Shown: positions 60,007 to 64,000 of the stretch, one piece after another
Layout of the letters: each line of letters opens with the position of its first letter
Position numbering within the stretch: the first letter of the stretch is position 1
DNA from: a virus
Virus record (IMG/VR): IMGVR_UViG_3300013102_000002
Location: 64,001 to 128,000 of that record
DNA length: 64,000 bases
Reading direction: 5' to 3' (one strand)
The notes under the pieces: generated by a model
The model's input: the letters and a program-made list of their open reading frames with translations, nothing else
The model's database searches: none
What the model was told of the DNA's origin: nothing
Position numbers and translations under genes: made by a program

Positions 60007-60156
60007 ATGAAATTCAATTGGTTGAAACAACAGATTATTGTTCCTATCCCACTGTTTTTGAATGAGAACGGGATAGATAAGACTTCAGAATTGGTGAGTG
60101 TAGAAATACAAGGAGATAAAGTAGTCATTACCTACAAAGACGGTGATAAGCAATGA
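60007..60156 (+). CDS. 49-aa AbrB/MazE-like protein (copy 2)
   Basis: MKFNWLKQQIIVPIPLFLNENGIDKTSELVSVEIQGDKVVITYKDGDKQ; paralog of 32564. Confidence 0.65.
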   Translation: MKFNWLKQQIIVPIPLFLNENGIDKTSELVSVEIQGDKVVITYKDGDKQ

Positions 60157-60446
60157 CCAAACCACATTCCTGTTTCAACTGTCACCACATCATTGATGAC
60201 TGCGAATATGGCGACTATGGAACCACCCTATCCACTCACTGGGAATGTGGCAAGCGCGGAGAAGAACTGCCAGAGGATGCAGACTTCCCGTTCGATATAG
60301 CACCAAAGGAATGCTTCAGGATGGATTTCTGGCACAGTGAGTTCTGCTTAGAACTGAAAGACGGAAGTCAAGAAGAAATGAACAAGGTGTATGCTAAATA
60401 TGAAGAATGGTGCAAACAGGAATACGCTGCTGTTTCAAACAAGTAG
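60153..60446 (+). CDS. Cys-containing hypothetical protein
   Basis: CFNCHH; ATGA overlap. Confidence 0.65.
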   Translation: MTKPHSCFNCHHIIDDCEYGDYGTTLSTHWECGKRGEELPEDADFPFDIAPKECFRMDFWHSEFCLELKDGSQEEMNKVYAKYEEWCKQEYAAVSNK

Positions 60447-60557
60447 GCACGATGTGCAATCATTACTCTGCGAATGACATATGAAATAAATATATAATGT
60501 GATTAAAACAAACAATAAAATTTTTATCATTAATAAAACAAGAAGAAGAGGTGAAAA

Positions 60558-60839
60558 ATGAAACAACACATATCTCCAATGCAAGCAAGAGAAGTGACAG
60601 AGGAGCAGTTTTATTCTTTTTATCCAGAGGGTGAATTAGTAAGGCGAAAAGATTGGGCTACATATCATCACAAGAAAATGACTATCGGTAAGATGATTGA
60701 GATCATGACTAATAAAGGACATAAGATAACCATTGATAACTGTACCCCATGCTCAGTTAAGGATTATATGATCGATAAAGAGTACTGCCAAATGAGCGTA
60801 TGCGATACGCTTTGGGATGCGGTCAAAGGTTGTATTTAA
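60558..60839 (+). CDS. Hypothetical protein
   Basis: GAGGTG RBS; MKQHIS..IGKMIEI..CDTLWDAVK. Confidence 0.7.
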   Translation: MKQHISPMQAREVTEEQFYSFYPEGELVRRKDWATYHHKKMTIGKMIEIMTNKGHKITIDNCTPCSVKDYMIDKEYCQMSVCDTLWDAVKGCI

Positions 60840-61057
60840 ATAGATTTTAGAGGGGGATACACCAACTGTTGAATCTTTAGCGATGGACTATATGTTCTAT
60901 TCACAATATTTGAGAGAGGATGAGTGATAATAATGCCATATATGCCAGATTTACACTATTGCTGTGTATGCAAAGAATATCTGGGGCCAGATAATGGTGA
61001 TGGTATTTGTTTGGATTGTGATACTGAAGAAGAAATCAATATCGAGGAGGAAACTAA

Positions 61058-61420
61058 TTGACACTAACAAAAGAGGTGGTCCTAGCTCAAGTCCCAGGTA
61101 GAACACTTGATATAATGGTTGCCGAAGAAGTTATGGGATTCAGATATAAATATGTTGAGCGTTATAACGTGTTCATGTGGGTTAAATCGGAAACCGAATG
61201 TACTTCGTGGTTTCCAGCATCAACCGACATAGCTGTAGCATGGGAAGTTGTGGAGAAGATGAGAGAAATGGGCGTATATCTTAATATTCACGCCGATAAA
61301 GACACTTACTACGTTCTTGGATTAGTAAGTTCTGAATCTGCTCCGGAAGCAATTTGTAAGGCTGCTTTAATCGCAATCATATATATGAAAAATGATGCTA
61401 ATAATCGACAACCTGTATGA
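61058..61420 (+). CDS. Phage ABA-sandwich (BC1872-like) domain protein
   Basis: GRTLDIMVAEEVMG..STDIAVAWEVVEKM..APEAICKAAL. Confidence 0.8.
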   Translation: MTLTKEVVLAQVPGRTLDIMVAEEVMGFRYKYVERYNVFMWVKSETECTSWFPASTDIAVAWEVVEKMREMGVYLNIHADKDTYYVLGLVSSESAPEAICKAALIAIIYMKNDANNRQPV

Positions 61421-61423
61421 CAT

Positions 61424-61633
61424 TTATTCATACCAATCATTAAAGTCGTCTCTATAAAAAATTGGAGGGATGAAGCGAGTACTCCAACCACATTTTTCAC
61501 ATTTTAAAATAACTTCATTATTAACCATCATAGGTACTATCTTTCCGTGTACATAGACTGAACTACATCTCATCATTCTGTCATCATTTTTTTGGAATAT
61601 GTTTATTCTGTCAATTAAGATTTGGTTGTCCAT
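61424..61633 (-). CDS. Small Zn-ribbon protein on the opposite strand
   Basis: GGAGG RBS on the minus strand; C..H..CEKC. Confidence 0.6.
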   Translation of the reverse strand: MDNQILIDRINIFQKNDDRMMRCSSVYVHGKIVPMMVNNEVILKCEKCGWSTRFIPPIFYRDDFNDWYE

Positions 61634-61740
61634 AATACATCTTTCCTCCAAACGATCAAATTAATTAACTACATACAATTCTACACAAGAAAAAAATAAA
61701 TGCAAATTCTAAGATTGGGAAATTGTAGGAGGAATAAATC

Positions 61741-62163
61741 ATAAAAATACTTGAATGTTCATCCAAAGGAGATAAGCGTTTTTCTGCATTTTACGCTAAA
61801 GTTAAAGCATGGGGAAGATATGACAGTATAGAAAACCATTATCAACTCGCTAAACGATTTGGAGATTATAAACCTACATCATGGAAAGATGCCAAGGGAA
61901 AGCAACCAACGCATATTGAGTTGAATGGAAAGCAGTATGAATTACGCTTTCTGTCTCAATGGTATCAAATGCTATGGGTAAATTACCTGGATAACAATCC
62001 TGATCTGGTTGAATATGCAAAAGGATTTGATGAATTCAATGATATTTTCAAAGGTAAAAGTTTGAACTGTCAGGCTGACGTTGTGAGACAATACATAAAA
62101 CAAGGAAGGCAATCCCTGGTTGATGAGTACCAGGAGTTAATGGATTTGTTTAAGAAAAAATGA
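61741..62163 (+). CDS. NADAR-like phage protein; probable ATA start
   Basis: GGAGG 8 nt before in-frame ATA; KILECSSKGDKRFSAFYA..SIENHYQ..NCQA; the ORF track shows only the C-terminal 80 aa. Confidence 0.6.
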   Translation: MKILECSSKGDKRFSAFYAKVKAWGRYDSIENHYQLAKRFGDYKPTSWKDAKGKQPTHIELNGKQYELRFLSQWYQMLWVNYLDNNPDLVEYAKGFDEFNDIFKGKSLNCQADVVRQYIKQGRQSLVDEYQELMDLFKKK

Positions 62164-62174
62164 AGATTTGAGAG

Positions 62175-62789
62175 GTGAACATTATTAAAATTGCAGGGAT
62201 TAGTATTAATCTGAAGAATCGTGAAAAGTGGGTTGCAATTATTGGTTCTAGAAACGCCACAACAGATGAACTTAAAACAGCATTTAATTTTTCATTCAAC
62301 CTTGCTTCTCAAGGATACATAATTGTTTCAGGACTTGCCAAAGGAATTGATGCTGCTGCACACAAAGGGGCAATTGCAGCAAAAGGAAAAACAGTAGCAT
62401 TGGTGAATGCACCAATCGAACAAGATATTTATCCTTGGCAGAATAGAAGTCTTGCCGAACAAATTAAGCAATTTGGATGTATCATTCATCCGTTCACTGG
62501 TAAGGCAACAGAGGACAATGAAAAGGGCTTGAGCCAATTTTCTAAGCGTCTGATCGAACGAGATAGACTTCTGGCAAGACTGTGTCCCAAAGTCGTTACA
62601 GTTAAGAATGAGGGAGTTATTGATGGCGGTACACGATATGGTATGACTTATGGCAAACAGTATGATCAAGATGTTTATCGTTATGATAACCAGATGACGC
62701 TACACAAAAACCCCGAAGTCAAAGAGGGTAAGATTTGGTGGAATATGGAGTTAGATATTGAAGGTTTGATTGACGAATATTTCTCATAA
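62175..62789 (+). CDS. SLOG/DprA(Smf)-like protein
   Basis: VAIIGSRNAT, SGLAKGIDAAAHKGA, ERDRLL, GGT. Confidence 0.85.
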   Translation: MNIIKIAGISINLKNREKWVAIIGSRNATTDELKTAFNFSFNLASQGYIIVSGLAKGIDAAAHKGAIAAKGKTVALVNAPIEQDIYPWQNRSLAEQIKQFGCIIHPFTGKATEDNEKGLSQFSKRLIERDRLLARLCPKVVTVKNEGVIDGGTRYGMTYGKQYDQDVYRYDNQMTLHKNPEVKEGKIWWNMELDIEGLIDEYFS

Positions 62790-62867
62790 AATTGGGCTTT
62801 CATCAGAAAATAAGTTGAGTAAAACAGAGCAATTAAGAGTATTTAAGAGATACTGGGAGGTTCTATT

Positions 62868-63290
62868 TTGAATAATTTAAGTCAGGCTATTTGCATAGCT
62901 ACAACAGCTCATACTGGTCAATTTGATAAAGGTGGTAATCCTTATATCCTTCATCCATTAAGAATTATGCTGAAAATGGATTCCAATGAAGAAAGAATAG
63001 TTGCCGTTCTTCATGATGTAATTGAAGATACTAATGTTTTAATTAGCGAATTAAGAAAAGTTTTCTTTGATGAAATTGCAAATGCCATTCTAGCACTAAC
63101 AAGAAATCATAATGAATCCTATATAGACTTTATTAGACGTTGTAAACAAAATGATTTGGCCCGTAAAGTTAAAATTGCTGATATTGAAGACAATATGGAT
63201 TTGAGTCGGATTGATAATCCAACAGAAGAGGATTATAAGCGAGTTAAAAAATACGAAAAGGCGTGGAGGGAATTGAATAAAAATGACTAA
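62868..63290 (+). CDS. HD-domain small alarmone hydrolase-like protein (RelA/SpoT HD, Mesh1-like)
   Basis: AHTGQFDKGGNPYILHP, AVLHDVIEDT, VKIADIEDN. Confidence 0.85.
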   Translation: MNNLSQAICIATTAHTGQFDKGGNPYILHPLRIMLKMDSNEERIVAVLHDVIEDTNVLISELRKVFFDEIANAILALTRNHNESYIDFIRRCKQNDLARKVKIADIEDNMDLSRIDNPTEEDYKRVKKYEKAWRELNKND

Positions 63291-63576
63291 CAGACTATTG
63301 GCAATCGGATTTATTGTGGTTAGTGCACTAACATTAAGTGGATGCAAAAACGATGTTAAAACTGTTTATAATCAAACATACATAGAAACGGTTAGTACGC
63401 AAAAAGGTGATGTCATGATCTTCAAAAACGAAGAAGGGTTTAAATACGGTTATATATTAGATCCGAGTGATTCTTTTAAGGTTTCAAAAAATAAAGTATA
63501 TGATTTACAGGTGTCAGTTGAAACGTTGTTTACTTCATATGGAGGATTCATAAAAGGCGTTGATGAAAATAAATAA
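63283..63576 (+). CDS. Putative lipoprotein
   Basis: Signal peptide with lipobox LSGC. Confidence 0.75.
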   Translation: MTNRLLAIGFIVVSALTLSGCKNDVKTVYNQTYIETVSTQKGDVMIFKNEEGFKYGYILDPSDSFKVSKNKVYDLQVSVETLFTSYGGFIKGVDENK

Positions 63577-63914
63577 TGATAAAAATCAAAATATTAAAAG
63601 GAGTAAAAATAATGAAAAAGATAAGTAAATTAAAGAAACAATCTCAGAACAATGTATATAACTTTCCACCCAAAACAGATTTAGAATTTCGTATACATAT
63701 GAAGACTAATTCCCAAGGCAATAAAATAATCATCTGCTTTGAGTTACCTAATGGAGAGCAGCATATTAGAAATTATGGCGATATTCCTTCACATAATTTA
63801 TTAATTCCATTCGAATCACAATTATTTGAGCTTTATCTTGATGAAGGATATCAAGGAAAATACAAATTGCTCACGGCAACTCGTGACGCATTTACGTATG
63901 ATAAGGTAGAATAG
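63576..63914 (+). CDS. Hypothetical protein
   Basis: AAGGAG RBS before ATG near 63612; hairpin follows. Confidence 0.6.
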   Translation: MIKIKILKGVKIMKKISKLKKQSQNNVYNFPPKTDLEFRIHMKTNSQGNKIIICFELPNGEQHIRNYGDIPSHNLLIPFESQLFELYLDEGYQGKYKLLTATRDAFTYDKVE

Positions 63915-64000
63915 ACATATAAACATCATGATCAACTTAGGCCGTCTAATTATAGGCGGTCATTTTGAGTAAATAAATTTAAAGTGCTTGCTTTTAATGA

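Larger units (their letters stand above)
14212..62803. repeat. Dispersed palindrome family RYNAAA-N6-TTTNRY (about 31 copies) at gene junctions
   Basis: Examples: TTGATAAAA-ACAAGG-TTTTATCAA 21496-21519; ATGAAA-TACTTG-TTTTAT 14212; ATAAAA-GGATTC-TTTTAT 28047; ATGAAA-GGCATC-TTTTAT 30909; ATAAAA-TTGGGC-TTTCAT 62786. Confidence 0.8.

Noticed and set aside
14212-62803. Junction palindromes as rho-independent terminators or a CRISPR array
   Set aside because: Stems are AT-only, often mismatched and lack separate U-tracts; spacing is gene-sized and irregular, and no cas genes are seen
959-63347. Most minus-strand ORFs in the track (e.g. 2848..3366, 12432..12836, 44482..44880, 46989..47456, 62328..62669)
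   Set aside because: They are antisense shadows of well-supported + strand genes, with no RBS or recognisable motifs

Overview
This is a 64-kb, AT-rich segment of a large SPbeta-like temperate phage or prophage of a Bacillales host; the agr-type module suggests Paenibacillus, which is inference. Coding is almost entirely on the + strand and no structural genes are present. In order it contains: a RecD2 helicase; a ~1.7-kb non-coding region with an abrupt G-rich to C-rich skew switch (candidate genome end, pac site or origin); an early, leading-region-like block (5-22 kb) where nearly every gene has its own sigmaA promoter carrying a shared operator-like motif, including LPD25, J-domain, zincin, HicB-like and MTase-helicase genes; dense arrays of small accessory ORFs (21-33 kb and 46-64 kb); a lysis/lysogeny-like locus (33.7-41.5 kb) with an orphan MazF, an XRE HTH, YopQ- and YopR/MrpR-like genes and a kinase-less agr-like cassette; a CAT-anticodon tRNA; SSB-like and YorG-like recombination genes; Gam; a TnpB element; and macro, NADAR-like, SLOG and HD-domain genes. 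There are two main candidates for undescribed systems. (1) A phage-encoded cyclic-lactone peptide signalling cassette (membrane sensor without kinase, AgrB, AgrD, stand-alone LytTR) sits next to the master-repressor genes, with no arbitrium genes visible, and the locus is bracketed by inverted LexA-box-containing elements. (2) About 30 copies of a palindrome, RYNAAA-N6-TTTNRY with always-different 6-bp cores, sit at the junctions between small accessory genes, like a cassette (integron/pdif-like) array. All family assignments come from motif recognition by eye; no database search was run.
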